The notes: generated by a model from the letters alone, not told the origin. DNA of 64,000 nucleotides from an uncultured Gammaproteobacteria bacterium (GCA_964629685.1 CAZVTT010000002.1:120039-184038); one strand, 5' to 3'; counted from the first letter of the stretch, positions 10,246 to 21,584 are shown. Program-made: numbers and translations.

Positions 10246-11160
10246 TTACTGCGCAGCTTTTTCCAGTAACTGCTTCATGAGAAAGTAATTATCGGCATGG
10301 TTGGTACTTGGTTCGACCAGTGCCCAAACATCCTCGCGATGTAAAAAGGGTTTCACGAGTGCCATCATTTCAGTTTTATTCGGAACGGCCGCATCGGTGT
10401 CCAACAACGGATTATCCAGCTGGTCGTGGAAATCAGTACCGTTATATGGCGGAATAATATAATTTAAATGTAACAGTCGGGTTTGCGGGGCTAATATTTT
10501 TGTAACCGATACCAAATATTCAAGCACTTCGGTGCGGTTATTACTGATAACGGTTGCAGGTGTATGTCCGAAATCGTTAGCTACCCAAATACCTGATTGT
10601 GCCGCTCCAACGACACTATCATTCGGAAGTTCATAAATATCGGTGGGATTGTTCCTGCTTTGCGCACCTTTCCAACCGTTTGTGACGCGTGAAGGGACCG
10701 TTTCAACAGTAAAAACTACGTTTCTGTCGGCGGCATATTCATGTAAGCTTTTTGCCCGTATGATGAATAACTCGTGCGCGGTTTCCAATGCAATGGGTGC
10801 GGATTTAAGTTCAAATTTCTCCCGGGTAAAATCGATAGCCACCAATGCTCGTGATCCCGGATGGATATTCACGTACTGGAAGTTATGGTCTGCTGCAATG
10901 TCTATGGATTGTTTCATTAATTTGAGTGATTGATCCGTGACTGACGCATCGGTATGCGCTATATTTGCCCAGGTGCCGTCAGCTAAGGAACCCCAAAAAT
11001 GTAATCCCACGTCCATCCTGCGCCGTTTCAGTTCCGCAAATAACGGCTCATATTCAGCAGCTTGCGAAATGTTAAACCAAACTTCGCAGAAGGGTGCATT
11101 CGTGGCTTCCAGGTCAGCCATACTGGTAGACTGTAATCCTACTTTTATTCCGAATTTCAT
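10246..11160 (-). CDS. Xylose isomerase-like / AP endonuclease 2 TIM-barrel protein
   Basis: GLH, VNIHPG, TVE, DFGH, LHL, DFHD, VE metal-ligand pattern. Confidence 0.65.
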   Translation of the reverse strand: MKFGIKVGLQSTSMADLEATNAPFCEVWFNISQAAEYEPLFAELKRRRMDVGLHFWGSLADGTWANIAHTDASVTDQSLKLMKQSIDIAADHNFQYVNIHPGSRALVAIDFTREKFELKSAPIALETAHELFIIRAKSLHEYAADRNVVFTVETVPSRVTNGWKGAQSRNNPTDIYELPNDSVVGAAQSGIWVANDFGHTPATVISNNRTEVLEYLVSVTKILAPQTRLLHLNYIIPPYNGTDFHDQLDNPLLDTDAAVPNKTEMMALVKPFLHREDVWALVEPSTNHADNYFLMKQLLEKAAQ

Positions 11161-11183
11161 TTTCTCAGTATACCACTACCGTC

Positions 11184-11212
11184 TTGACAGATATATAAAC
11201 GTCGCACATTAT
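11184..11212 (+). promoter_or_regulatory. Putative xer promoter with overlapping dif-like half-site
   Basis: TTGACA 11184-11189, 17 nt, CATTAT; ACGTCGCACAT at 11199-11209. Confidence 0.5.
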
Positions 11213-11274
11213 AGTTGTATAGATATTGCATGTATTATTTCTAGATTGAATTTATTAGCATCGTAATCTGCCTT

Positions 11275-12243
11275 ATGGAATTAGAGCAGCTCATAAAAGA
11301 ATTTTTGGAATATTTAGAAATTGAAAGAAATGTCAGTCAGTTGACGATTCGGAATTATAAACACTACCTTCTTAGGTTTTTAGGCTATCTGACGGGCCAA
11401 ACCTCATCCCCCTCCCCTGCTGTAGCCTCAGCGGATACTCCGAAACGTTCGTTTACCGTTTCCGATGTTACGACGGACAAAGTCCGTGAATATCGTTTGT
11501 ATCTGTCCCGTTATGTGGATGAGCATGGCATAAGCCTGAAACGAGTGACACAGAATTATCACTTAATTGCGGTGCGTTCTATGCTCAAGTATGCCGCCAA
11601 GCGGGATCTACAAAGCATCGCACCCGATAAGATTGATTTACCTAAAGCAGAAAGTCATAGCATAAAATTTTTGGAACGCGAACAAATAGAGCGTTTACTC
11701 AATATGCCGGAAATTTCAACACCCGAGGGAATGCGTGACAAAGCTATACTTGAGATGCTTTTTTCTACAGGATTGCGCGTGTCTGAATTGGTTGGTTTAA
11801 ACCGGGAGCAAATAAATATCGACCGCCGGGAGTTCGGCGTGATCGGTAAAGGGCGTCGTGCCCGTGTGGTTTTCCTTTCCGATGCAGCAGCCGACTGGTT
11901 AGAGCGGTATGTGAAGGGCAGAGACGATCATGCGTTACCGTTATTTATCAGGTATAACGGCAAAAAACCGGACGCGAATGATCCTCAGGGCGAATCTTTG
12001 CGGCTCAGCGCCAGGAGTGTCCAGCGAATGGTAGAAAAATATGTAAAGAAAGCCCGCTTACCAATAAAAATAACGCCACATGGTCTACGTCATAGCTTTG
12101 CTACTGATTTGCTTACTGGTGGAGCGGATTTACGGGCAATCCAGGAAATGTTGGGTCATAAAAATGTTTCTACGACACAAATATATACACACGTCACTAA
12201 CCCAAAGTTGCGTGAAATTCACGGAAAGGCCCACCGACAATGA
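11275..12243 (+). CDS. Xer-type tyrosine recombinase (XerC/XerD-like)
   Basis: TGLRVSEL, GKG, TPHGLRHSFAT, LGH, TTQIYTHV; N-terminal SAM-like domain. Confidence 0.93.
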   Translation: MELEQLIKEFLEYLEIERNVSQLTIRNYKHYLLRFLGYLTGQTSSPSPAVASADTPKRSFTVSDVTTDKVREYRLYLSRYVDEHGISLKRVTQNYHLIAVRSMLKYAAKRDLQSIAPDKIDLPKAESHSIKFLEREQIERLLNMPEISTPEGMRDKAILEMLFSTGLRVSELVGLNREQINIDRREFGVIGKGRRARVVFLSDAAADWLERYVKGRDDHALPLFIRYNGKKPDANDPQGESLRLSARSVQRMVEKYVKKARLPIKITPHGLRHSFATDLLTGGADLRAIQEMLGHKNVSTTQIYTHVTNPKLREIHGKAHRQ

Positions 12244-13283
12244 AACGGAATATGAGACTGAAAATAGCAGTTGTATACAATCGGCCACCGCAGCAAAACG
12301 CGGCAGATACATTCATTGCCACGGAAGTAGATACGGAAGAATCCGCTTTGGAGATAGTGTCTATTTTGTGTGAGCACGGCTATCGTGCGTATGCTTTTCC
12401 GGTTACACCGGAATCAATTCAGACCATCAGCAAAATACAGGCGGATTGTATTTTTGACTTAATTGAATGGACGGGAGCAGAATTGGATTCTGGCTTGGCT
12501 GCCGTTCGGGCAATCGAGGCTACCGGTATTCCGTTTACCGGCGCCACCAGTCGGAATTATCATCTCACCTCAGATAAATCGCTCATGAAGCAGGCCTTAT
12601 TGTCAGCGGAGGTACCGGTTCCTCAGGCGCAGCTTTTTACTACAGGGGAAGAAAATCCTGATGCATCTCTTACCTTTCCGCTGATTGTAAAGCCGACATT
12701 GGAGCACTGTAGTATCGGGTTAGATCGGAGTGCCATTGTGCATACTGCGGAGTCGCTGAAATTGCGGGTACGGGAACGTATTCGCACGTTTAAGCAACCG
12801 GTACTCGCCGAAGAATTTATCGTCGGGCGCGAATTTCAGGTGACTACATTGGAAACCGAAGCAGGTATCACGGTACTACCTCCGGCAGAGATCTTGTTCA
12901 CGGCTGGCAGTGAAGATTTTTTAACGTATTCCAGCCGCTGGGATGATCAACATCCCGACTACACTGCTTCAAAAGTGATGATTACTCCGTTGGATGCTCC
13001 ACTTTTACAATCTATTGAAACAATTGCCAAGCGGACGTTTATCGGGTTAGGATTTCGTGACTATAACCGGTTGGATATCCGGGTCCGGGACGATCAGCCG
13101 TATATCCTGGAAGCAAATTCAAATCCGGGTTTAGATGATAACAATGAATATGGACTATCGTTATCATTTCGCGCAGTGGGTATGACGTATGCGGATTTTT
13201 TGCAGGCTATACTCCATTCTGCCATCCGTCGGTTTACGCGGCATGCACCGGCCGCATTACCGGTACAAAGCGTTGGGCTGTAG
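12240..13283 (+). CDS. ATP-grasp ligase, D-Ala-D-Ala ligase-like
   Basis: PFTG, DKSLMK, PLIVKP, EEFIVGRE, RLDIR, LEANSNPGL; lacks Ddl GGxSxE motif; ATGA overlap with xer. Confidence 0.8.
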   Translation: MKRNMRLKIAVVYNRPPQQNAADTFIATEVDTEESALEIVSILCEHGYRAYAFPVTPESIQTISKIQADCIFDLIEWTGAELDSGLAAVRAIEATGIPFTGATSRNYHLTSDKSLMKQALLSAEVPVPQAQLFTTGEENPDASLTFPLIVKPTLEHCSIGLDRSAIVHTAESLKLRVRERIRTFKQPVLAEEFIVGREFQVTTLETEAGITVLPPAEILFTAGSEDFLTYSSRWDDQHPDYTASKVMITPLDAPLLQSIETIAKRTFIGLGFRDYNRLDIRVRDDQPYILEANSNPGLDDNNEYGLSLSFRAVGMTYADFLQAILHSAIRRFTRHAPAALPVQSVGL

Positions 13284-13842
13284 CGATACGGAATTTGGGT
13301 AAGTGTTTTTCGTCACGGGCGACCACCATCAGTAATTGCGGCTGCCATTTCCGTACTAGTTTAAACCCGTCACTCGTTTTACGGCGTTTCAAATCGAAGT
13401 CAATCCATCGTTTACGGAAATCATTCCAGGCATACGATTTCTTTTTTGCATTTACGCTATCCAGAATCACAATACGGCTTTTACTGGCAAGATAGCTGGA
13501 AACTACTGCCCAATGACCTGATTCTGGTAAGGGTTCCAGATCGTCATCCAGGTCATAAAGATAAGAAACGAGAATGGCCCTATCCTGATTAACTCTATAT
13601 TTCAGTGCGCTTTGTAAATGGTGCAATGTTGCATATTGGACGATCAGTACGGAGTATCCCAGCTTGTTTAATGCTGTGATCATATTATGCGTAGATGTAC
13701 CGTTGCGGTTGGTTTTACACAGGCGCATGAGACTTACGAGTGATTTCTTTTTTCCAAGTATATGTAACGCCAGTTTTACCGCTGCAGGACCGCAGGTGGT
13801 ATCGTCAGGTTGTTGGATGGGTGTTATTTTAGTTCTTCCCAT
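13234..13842 (-). CDS. C39-like cysteine peptidase
   Basis: QQPDDTTCGPAA, GHWAVV, ILDS; GAGGAG SD before ATG 13842. Confidence 0.8.
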   Translation of the reverse strand: MGRTKITPIQQPDDTTCGPAAVKLALHILGKKKSLVSLMRLCKTNRNGTSTHNMITALNKLGYSVLIVQYATLHHLQSALKYRVNQDRAILVSYLYDLDDDLEPLPESGHWAVVSSYLASKSRIVILDSVNAKKKSYAWNDFRKRWIDFDLKRRKTSDGFKLVRKWQPQLLMVVARDEKHLPKFRIATAQRFVPVMRPVHAA

Positions 13843-13931
13843 AGGCAGACTCCTCAATACTAAGTAAGGGCTTTGGAATAGGACAATTCTACTCTACCCT
13901 CTTAAGGCAATCAAGACCTATAGTAGTAATT

Positions 13932-14678
13932 CTACAATATTTCGTACTGCAGTGTTACCGAAATATTAATTTCGTTGGAGCCTGGCTCGAGCGTAGTCTG
14001 CGTTGCTGCTTTTTCGGCTCCTGCGTCTCTGGCATACATCATTGGCACCGGGCTGAGTAGGCCGCCGAAAGATTCGGAATAGTTTATTATTTTCCCGAGC
14101 TTAAAACCGGCAATTTGTGCTGCCTGTTCCGCTTTGGTTTTGGCCTCAGCCACGGCTTTGTCTCTGGCCTCATTTTCAGCTTTTGTACGGTCATCGACAC
14201 TAAAGGTGACACCGCCTACCTGGTTGGCTCCATTAGCGGTGGCTGCATCAATAACGTCATTCGCCTTGTCCAGGTCCCGTACTTTGATTGTGAGTGATGT
14301 GGAGGCTTGATAGCCGTTTATTTTTTGGGATCCATTGGTATAGTCATAGTTTGGATAAATGGAATATCCGCTGGTCTGAATGTCTTTTGCGTCTATTCCC
14401 AGTTTCTTTATAGCTTCAGATACTGCGCTAATTTTGGTATTAAGCTCGTTTTGAACTTGCTTTACATTGGTTCCGTTTACCTGGACACCGGTGTTTACCA
14501 CCGCTATATCCGGAACGACCGTACTTTTCCCTTCTCCTGAAACCGCAAAAATATCATTTTTCTGCGTTACGGTGCTGGTTACGGCAATAGGCAATGGCCC
14601 TGCTACTTTGGTGTAGAGAAATAAGAGGCCAAAAAAAAGAACAACCGCGGTAGCGGCGGCAGCAACTGATGATTTCAT
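13932..14678 (-). CDS. SIMPL (DUF541) domain protein
   Basis: N-terminal TM; VSGEG..VVPD, IQTS.YSIYPNY, GANQVGGV.F, AVAEAK.KA, PG motifs. Confidence 0.9.
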   Translation of the reverse strand: MKSSVAAAATAVVLFFGLLFLYTKVAGPLPIAVTSTVTQKNDIFAVSGEGKSTVVPDIAVVNTGVQVNGTNVKQVQNELNTKISAVSEAIKKLGIDAKDIQTSGYSIYPNYDYTNGSQKINGYQASTSLTIKVRDLDKANDVIDAATANGANQVGGVTFSVDDRTKAENEARDKAVAEAKTKAEQAAQIAGFKLGKIINYSESFGGLLSPVPMMYARDAGAEKAATQTTLEPGSNEINISVTLQYEIL

Positions 14679-15544
14679 GGTTTACCTCCCTGTTGTTTGA
14701 TACAAGCCTGTATGACGTTTTCAATTAAACATGCAACGTTAACTGGTCCTACGCCGCCCGGAGTGGGGGTATAGAAGCCGGTTAATGGTCCTACCGACGC
14801 TTCGTTAAAATCACCGTGTAGTTTACCCATTGTATCACGCCAGAGGCCGACGCCAATAATAATGGTCCCCGGTCTAAAATCCGTGGGTTTTATTATGTCC
14901 GCCTTGCCAGCACAGCTGATAATTATGTCCGAGGCATGAAGTATTTCTGCGGTATTGGAGGTACTGCTGTGAATAACGGAAACATCGACTCCCAGCTTCC
15001 TGAAAAGCTGCGCAATGGGTTTTCCGGCAGTTTCACCTCTACCGATTACTGCAATTCGCTGCTGCGTTATCCAGGAGGTAAATGATTTGGATGAAGACAG
15101 GAAATGCGTGTACCCGTATTCCAGTATCTTTACGGTCGCGGCAGCAACGGGAACCGGAAATGCTGAAGCGGGGTTGAATCCGTCTACGTCTTTTTCTGTT
15201 ATGACAGTATCCAAAATAGTGCTGACATCTCCTATTTGTCTGGGTATTGGACGCTGAACAATGACACCATGGACGGTCGGGTCGTGATTAAAGTCGTAAA
15301 TAACATGAGAGATGTTCTCAGGAGTTGCCGTATCAGCTAAGGTGATGAGTCGGAGCTGTGCACCGATAGCCTGTGCGGCTTTTTGTTTTTGTCGGATGTA
15401 TGATACTGAACCCGGATCATCACCCACCAAGAGCACTCCCAGGGTAGGATGAATGTTGTTTGTTGATAGTTTTTGTACGTCTGTGCGTAACGTATCCAGT
15501 ATTGATGCAGCCAGAAGTTTACCGTCGATCATCTGCCCGTTCAT
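14675..15544 (-). CDS. folD: Methylenetetrahydrofolate dehydrogenase/cyclohydrolase
   Basis: IDGK, SYIRQK, GVIVQRP, EKDVDG, TPTPGGVGP. Confidence 0.92.
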   Translation of the reverse strand: MNGQMIDGKLLAASILDTLRTDVQKLSTNNIHPTLGVLLVGDDPGSVSYIRQKQKAAQAIGAQLRLITLADTATPENISHVIYDFNHDPTVHGVIVQRPIPRQIGDVSTILDTVITEKDVDGFNPASAFPVPVAAATVKILEYGYTHFLSSSKSFTSWITQQRIAVIGRGETAGKPIAQLFRKLGVDVSVIHSSTSNTAEILHASDIIISCAGKADIIKPTDFRPGTIIIGVGLWRDTMGKLHGDFNEASVGPLTGFYTPTPGGVGPVNVACLIENVIQACIKQQGGKP

Positions 15545-15582
15545 CCGGTAATCATACCGGTTTTCGCCATACCTGTCGAATG

Positions 15583-16368
15583 TCAGAACAGTGTTGTTAG
15601 CCTGTAAATGAGGTACCCGGCGATATCGCCAATCCGCTTCACCTGACTATCGAATACTTGAAACGGGTTGGTGTTTTCCACAAATGCCTGTGTGGGCGGC
15701 ATATCCGTTTGTATTGTAGTTGTCGGAGAGTCGGCAAACAGTAGAAGTCGTACGTCCGGTATAGTAATACCCGATTGGTAGCTTTTCGCTATATTTGATT
15801 GCGTTCCGACTTTTATTCTATACTCGCCAGTGCTTTCCCTGGGATCGTATACGATGAGAAAATACGGTGTGCCGGCAGTAACCGGTATGGAAGCAGATGA
15901 TCCGGAGAATATAAGTTGTAGTCCCCAAAAATCAAAATAGGCGGTCCGTCGTCCTTTCGGTGAGAGCAGTACGTATTGATCGTAGCCTAACGGAATAGCT
16001 GCAGGCGTCTCCAGCGCTTCTTGTGGAGGGAGATTTTGGCCTACAATAATGACAGTCGGCTTAAAGCTGCCCATGCGGGTTTTTGCCGGTACTACCAATT
16101 CTATGGGTAACGTTTCATCCTGAGCGGGAACAAATGAAAATACATCTACCTCTCCGCTTTCGGATAGCTGACCATACAGCGTAATTCCGGTAACCGTCGG
16201 ATCTCCCAACGGTTGATTTGTCGCATATAACTCAGAAGATGAAAGGGTAAAACTGGCTGTGGTCGTGTGGTTTTCGATGACTGGTTGATTTGCAGATACC
16301 GGTGTCGGGAAAAAGTAAAGTAAGACCAGCAGGCTGGTAATATAAACTAGATTTGAACGCATACGCAT
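15583..16368 (-). CDS. Secreted/membrane hypothetical protein (PPC-like beta domain)
   Basis: Signal peptide; GQL...EVDVFSF, GTPYFLIVYD...GEYRIKVG. Confidence 0.55.
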   Translation of the reverse strand: MRMRSNLVYITSLLVLLYFFPTPVSANQPVIENHTTTASFTLSSSELYATNQPLGDPTVTGITLYGQLSESGEVDVFSFVPAQDETLPIELVVPAKTRMGSFKPTVIIVGQNLPPQEALETPAAIPLGYDQYVLLSPKGRRTAYFDFWGLQLIFSGSSASIPVTAGTPYFLIVYDPRESTGEYRIKVGTQSNIAKSYQSGITIPDVRLLLFADSPTTTIQTDMPPTQAFVENTNPFQVFDSQVKRIGDIAGYLIYRLTTLF

Positions 16369-16380
16369 ACCGTTGTTATA

Positions 16381-16854
16381 TCACGTTTTGTTGCGGTAGT
16401 TGTTTTTGAACGATAATATATCCAGTAGTATATCCTGAGCCTGTGACTCCAGTTTCATGCCTTCGTACACGTGTTGAATATATCCCTCGGGGTTTACCAA
16501 ATATGTTTTTCGTAATACTCCCATAAACATTTTCCCCATGAATGTTTTAGGGCCCAGAGCCCCGTAGGCAGCGATGGTGGCTTTATCGGGATCGCTGAGA
16601 AGCGGAAAGTTTAGGGAAAATTTTTCCTTAAATTTCAAATGGGATTTGACGCTGTCCTTGGATATCCCGAGTACGACGACGCCGTTTTCCGTAAGCAGGT
16701 GTATATTGTCCCGGAAGTTGCATGCTTCTATGGTACAGCCCGGTGTGTCATCTTTTGGGTAAAAATATACCACCACCCATTTTCCCGATAGTTCAGATAG
16801 TGTATGCATTGTTCCGGTTTGGTCCGGTAATGAAAAATCCGGTGCTTTTTTCAT
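16381..16854 (-). CDS. bcp: Peroxiredoxin Bcp
   Basis: YFYPKDDTPGCTIEAC motif. Confidence 0.93.
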   Translation of the reverse strand: MKKAPDFSLPDQTGTMHTLSELSGKWVVVYFYPKDDTPGCTIEACNFRDNIHLLTENGVVVLGISKDSVKSHLKFKEKFSLNFPLLSDPDKATIAAYGALGPKTFMGKMFMGVLRKTYLVNPEGYIQHVYEGMKLESQAQDILLDILSFKNNYRNKT

Positions 16855-17633
16855 GTTTTTTTACCGGAAAACCAGGGAATGAATACGCTGGTGTGTCGTC
16901 GGTAATCGGAATATGCGGAGTTTCCGTGATATTTTTTTTCAAGCAGCGAGATACCGGATACTTTCAGGAGAAGAATCGTAATTGTAAGCGGTCCGATTAT
17001 TGTGATGAACGGTGCGCCGCCTGACCAGGAGATAAAGAATATGCTCCACCACTGGAGCGTTTCACCGAAATAGTTTGGGTGTCTGGAATATTTCCATAAT
17101 CCGGATGTAAGTACGCTGTCCGGTTTCTTCCGGTGTTGTCTGAATTGCTGTAATTGGTAATCGCTAACGGTTTCAAAAAAGAATCCGATGCACCAAGTGA
17201 TAACGAAAAGTATGTCAATGACGCCGATTGGCGATGGCGGTGTGGTGGCTAATACGATTACCGGTGAAAAAATTATCACCAATAGCAGTGATTGGAATAA
17301 AAAAATCTGGAAGAAACTCCGGAGTATAACTTGTTTTCCCCATTTGTTGCGCAGTGCTTTGTATCGATAATCCTCCCCATGTCCCCGATGTCTGAAGTAA
17401 AGATGAAAACTTAGCCGTAATCCCCATATAAACACCAATCCTCCCGTAAGCAGGAATCTGGGAGTTAATCCCGCAATTGTCGCATAGAGTACTGAATACA
17501 CTACGATATATGCCAGGCCCCATGCTATATCAAAAATGGTATTATCGTCTTTGAGCGTTGCCAGAATAAAGACCAGACTGAGAAAAGTTGTGGAAGCGGT
17601 AAATGCCAGAATAAATGGAGCGATGACGTCCAT
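16851..17633 (-). CDS. DUF1295 steroid 5-alpha-reductase-like membrane protein
   Basis: DIAWG, WGLRL, EDYRY, GLWKYSRHPNYFGE. Confidence 0.9.
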   Translation of the reverse strand: MDVIAPFILAFTASTTFLSLVFILATLKDDNTIFDIAWGLAYIVVYSVLYATIAGLTPRFLLTGGLVFIWGLRLSFHLYFRHRGHGEDYRYKALRNKWGKQVILRSFFQIFLFQSLLLVIIFSPVIVLATTPPSPIGVIDILFVITWCIGFFFETVSDYQLQQFRQHRKKPDSVLTSGLWKYSRHPNYFGETLQWWSIFFISWSGGAPFITIIGPLTITILLLKVSGISLLEKKYHGNSAYSDYRRHTSVFIPWFSGKKT

Positions 17634-17651
17634 GTATTCAGTATACCCTGT

Positions 17652-18503
17652 TTAACTGATGAGCAGGAGTCCGATAAAGGTGAGTATGGCCGCTGTGATC
17701 TTTTTCGGCAAATCCGTCCGTTCATGTAGAAATACAGCAGAAAATAACACAATTAAAATAACGCTACTCACATTAACGGCAGCTACCTGTGATGAGTTTG
17801 GTGCGCTTTGAAGTGCGGAAAAGAAAGCCAGGGAAGATCCGGTATAGAATAGGCACAAAAGCAGTAATTTGGGTAGTAATTTGGCGGTAAAAAGTGACGG
17901 TACTTGCTTGGCATCGTGCGGGCGGAGTACGGCGACTACTATTGTCGGAATCAGGAAAGCCAAAAATACATAAGTAAAAACATTTAGGTGACCGAGTATT
18001 ATTCTGTCATTTGTATTTGCTAACCCAAAACAGGCGGCTGCGCAGATGGCCATCAGTTCCCGGGGGTGAAACGAAAATTTAACCGCTCGCGAATGAACCA
18101 GTATAATTCCCAGAAAAATGCAGGCTGCACCGGTAATTTGCACCAATGTCAGTCCTTCATGTAAAAAAAGTGACGATGCAATAATGGTAAATATGCTGCG
18201 GCTGGCAAACAGAATGGTGAAGCGGGATGCTTCGAGCTGCTTTAATGAACGGAAAATAAATATATTTCCCAGCCCATACAATAATCCCATGACGGCAAGT
18301 TGTAGTACTATAGGTCTTAAGTCGGGAATATGAATTTGTCCTAACGCTGTCCCTATTAGGGCGATGATAACGGCAGTGACTCCCTGAAAAAAAAGCGAGA
18401 CGGCAACAGCGTTTGTATCATTATTGCGCAGCAGGTACCGCTGGAGCAGGGTTGAACAGGAATACAGTACAAGACTGATTATAATTGCGACGTGCCACGG
18501 CAT
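17652..18503 (-). CDS. EamA/DMT family transporter
   Basis: Ten TM in two repeats, each ending FLHE. Confidence 0.85.
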   Translation of the reverse strand: MPWHVAIIISLVLYSCSTLLQRYLLRNNDTNAVAVSLFFQGVTAVIIALIGTALGQIHIPDLRPIVLQLAVMGLLYGLGNIFIFRSLKQLEASRFTILFASRSIFTIIASSLFLHEGLTLVQITGAACIFLGIILVHSRAVKFSFHPRELMAICAAACFGLANTNDRIILGHLNVFTYVFLAFLIPTIVVAVLRPHDAKQVPSLFTAKLLPKLLLLCLFYTGSSLAFFSALQSAPNSSQVAAVNVSSVILIVLFSAVFLHERTDLPKKITAAILTFIGLLLIS

Positions 18504-18527
18504 TAGTGGATTATAATGTACCGCAGA

Positions 18528-21044
18528 TTATTTGGAAAGGAAAGTCGCTGCGGCTACAGTATCGCTTTTATCCGCGAACCGCATCAGGATTACACCGCTG
18601 GTGGCTCTCCCTAATCGGGGTACGGAAACTACCGGGAGTTTCACGACCTGTCCTTTGTTTGAAGTCAGGATAACGCTGTCGCAATCGGCCGGGATAATTT
18701 GACTGACCACTACTTTTCCGGTTTTATCTTTTACCTCTGCTACTTTTACTCCCTGGCCGCCGCGTCGTTGCTTTGGGAAATCCTTAATAGCCGTTTTTTT
18801 ACCCAGGCCCTTTTCCATGACGGTGAGGAATTCCGTTTTTTGAGTTTCCGGATTTATCATATCCATGCCGACAATATAATCTTCTTTTCCAAGCAATATA
18901 CCTCTAACTCCCATGGTATCTCTTGCCGTCGGACGTACTTCCCCTTCGCTGAAGCGAATGGATTTACCATCATGTGTTACGAGCAGAATATCGTCGTCAC
19001 CGCTGCTAAGCTTCGCCCAGGATAACTCATCTCCGGCTTCAAGCTTAATGGCGACCAGACCGCTGCGGCGAATGTTTTCATACTCAATTAATTTTGTTTT
19101 CTTTACCGTACCGCGTTTGGTCACCATAATCATGAACATGGTGCCGTGATCCTTTTGTTCTGCGCGTTTCAGACTATACGTAAGCACCGACGTAACACGT
19201 TCTCCCGATTCAATGTTTATCAGATTTACCACCGCTTGGCCTTTGGCCTGTCTGCTCGATTCGGGTATATCCCAAACTCGGACTTGATACACCTTACCGC
19301 GGTCGGTTATGAAGAGCATGTTGTCATGCGTATTGGCGGTAATTATTTTATCTATTCCGTCTTCGTCTTTGGTGGTCATCCCAATGACCCCTTTTCCGCC
19401 GCGTTCCTGCATTTTAAATGTCGTCCGGGGAACACGTTTAATATAGCCCGACTGGCTCATCGTAATAATTATTTCTTCGTTAGGTATGAGTTCTTCGTCG
19501 GAGAATTCTCCTACTTTGCTTTTGAAAACGCGGGTTTTTCGTTGGTCACCGTACTTTTCTTTGAGTTTTACGAGTTCGTCCTGAATTACCTTTAATACTT
19601 TTTCAGGATGAGCTAACAGGTCTTCCAAATACGCGATGGTTTCCCTGATCATTGCCAATTCATCTTCTATTTTTTGTCGTTCCAGTGCCGCTAACCGCCG
19701 TAGCTGCATGTCCAGAATAGCGGTAGATTGGATATCGGAAAGTCCGAACCGGCTCATTAATTTTTTCTTGGCCTCGTCGGCGTCTTTGCTTTTTTTTATG
19801 ATGGCGATGACTTCATCAATGTGGTCAACTGCGATTTTCAGACCTTCTAAAATGTGTTCTCTGGCCTTGGCTTGTTTTAATTCAAACTCGCTCCGTCGGC
19901 GGACAACTTCATGACGGTGTTTGATATATTCTTCCAGTATTGTTTTTAGTCCCAGTGTTTGGGGTGTATCGTCGACCAACGCGACAATATTTACCGGAAA
20001 AGTAGTTTGGAGTGACGTGTGCTTATATAAATTGTTTAATACTTGTTTTGGCCTGGCATCGCGTTTCAGTTCAACCACTACCCGAATGCCGTGACGGTCA
20101 GATTCATCACGCAAATCGGAAATGCCGTCAATTTTCTTTTCCTTAACCAAGTCGGCAATTTTTGTAACCAGTATGGCTTTATTTACCTGGTAGGGTAATT
20201 CCGTAATGATGATGGCTGACTTGCCGGAGCCTATCTCTTCAATTTCCGCTTTCCCGCGCATGACGATTTTACCTTTTCCGGTCGCGTATGCCGTTTTGAT
20301 TTCTTCTTTGTCGTAAATTGCCCCTGCAGTGGGAAAATCCGGCCCTTGGACGCAGGTCATGAGGTCATCCAGCGTTACATCAAAGGTAAATGTAGGTTTG
20401 AGCAGAACGGTTTCCCCTTTTGCTGCTTTTTCTGGCATAACAATCTTTGCCTTGGTAATCATGAGTTGAATGGCATCAATGACTTCCGAAAGATTGTGCG
20501 GGGGAATTTTGGTTGCCATACCTACGGCAATACCCTCCGAGCCCATCAGTAATAAATTGGGTAACTTAGCAGGAAGGTATGTCGGTTCGTCTATTGCGCC
20601 GTCAAAGTTAGGGATAAAGTTAACCGTTTCTTTTTCAATATCCAGTAACATTTCGGCCGCTATTGCCGACAGGCGACATTCCGTATACCGCATGGCGGCG
20701 GGTGGATCACCATCGATAGATCCGTAATTTCCCTGTCCGTCTACCAACTGATAGCGCATGGTAAATTCCTGAGCAAGACGAACAAGTGCTTCGTACACGG
20801 GGCTATCTCCGTGCGGATGGTATTTCCCCAATACTTCTCCGACTACCGATGCGCTTTTTTTATATTTGGCGCTATGGTTAAGTCCCATCTGATGCATGGC
20901 ATAAAGAATCCGGCGGTGTACCGGTTTCATACCGTCCCGGACGTCCGGCAATGCACGGGCTACGATAACCGACATGGCATAGTCCAGATAGGACTTCTGC
21001 ATTTCGGTAACAATTTCGGATGGTTGGATTTTTCCAATATGCAT
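18528..21044 (-). CDS. gyrA: DNA gyrase subunit A
   Basis: [25 protein letters not shown], GyrA-box-like QERGGKG, CTD blades. Confidence 0.97.
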   Translation of the reverse strand: MHIGKIQPSEIVTEMQKSYLDYAMSVIVARALPDVRDGMKPVHRRILYAMHQMGLNHSAKYKKSASVVGEVLGKYHPHGDSPVYEALVRLAQEFTMRYQLVDGQGNYGSIDGDPPAAMRYTECRLSAIAAEMLLDIEKETVNFIPNFDGAIDEPTYLPAKLPNLLLMGSEGIAVGMATKIPPHNLSEVIDAIQLMITKAKIVMPEKAAKGETVLLKPTFTFDVTLDDLMTCVQGPDFPTAGAIYDKEEIKTAYATGKGKIVMRGKAEIEEIGSGKSAIIITELPYQVNKAILVTKIADLVKEKKIDGISDLRDESDRHGIRVVVELKRDARPKQVLNNLYKHTSLQTTFPVNIVALVDDTPQTLGLKTILEEYIKHRHEVVRRRSEFELKQAKAREHILEGLKIAVDHIDEVIAIIKKSKDADEAKKKLMSRFGLSDIQSTAILDMQLRRLAALERQKIEDELAMIRETIAYLEDLLAHPEKVLKVIQDELVKLKEKYGDQRKTRVFKSKVGEFSDEELIPNEEIIITMSQSGYIKRVPRTTFKMQERGGKGVIGMTTKDEDGIDKIITANTHDNMLFITDRGKVYQVRVWDIPESSRQAKGQAVVNLINIESGERVTSVLTYSLKRAEQKDHGTMFMIMVTKRGTVKKTKLIEYENIRRSGLVAIKLEAGDELSWAKLSSGDDDILLVTHDGKSIRFSEGEVRPTARDTMGVRGILLGKEDYIVGMDMINPETQKTEFLTVMEKGLGKKTAIKDFPKQRRGGQGVKVAEVKDKTGKVVVSQIIPADCDSVILTSNKGQVVKLPVVSVPRLGRATSGVILMRFADKSDTVAAATFLSK

Positions 21045-21077
21045 ATATCTCGAGTTAGACTGTTGTAGTAGTCTGAT

Positions 21078-21584
21078 TTACTTTACCATCGCTTTGGTTA
21101 TATCTGCCATGGCATCCGCTTTGCCTTTCCAATTTTTGATTTTTACCCATTTGCCTGGTTCCAATTCTTTGTAATGTTCAAAGAAATGTTTTATTTTGTC
21201 TTTTAGGGATTGCGGCAAATCGGAAATATCCTGCCATACGCCGTAGTACGGGTCAATTTTTTTGGTAGGTACGGCGATAATCTTCGTATCAATCCCCTCT
21301 TCATCTTCCATTTCCAACATACCAATCGGTTGGCAAGGAATGACTGTCCCGGGAGCTACCGATTTACTGGAAGCCACTAAAACATCTACAGGGTCACCGT
21401 CTTCGGCTTTGGTATTGGGTACAAATCCATAATTAAAGGGATAGGAAAAGGCGGTATATAAAAATCTGTCCACGAAAATAACACCGCTTTCTTTATCGAG
21501 TTCGTATTTAATGCTGCTGTCTTGCGGTATTTCGACAAAAACATTTATCTGTTCCGGCGGGTTTTTCCCTGCTGAAAGATTCAT
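21078..21584 (-). CDS. ppa: Family I inorganic pyrophosphatase
   Basis: [32 protein letters not shown]. Confidence 0.96.
   Translation of the reverse strand: MNLSAGKNPPEQINVFVEIPQDSSIKYELDKESGVIFVDRFLYTAFSYPFNYGFVPNTKAEDGDPVDVLVASSKSVAPGTVIPCQPIGMLEMEDEEGIDTKIIAVPTKKIDPYYGVWQDISDLPQSLKDKIKHFFEHYKELEPGKWVKIKNWKGKADAMADITKAMVK

Noticed and set aside
11275-12243. Phage or island integrase
   Set aside because: XerC/D size and motifs, housekeeping neighbours, no tRNA, att duplication or phage genes.
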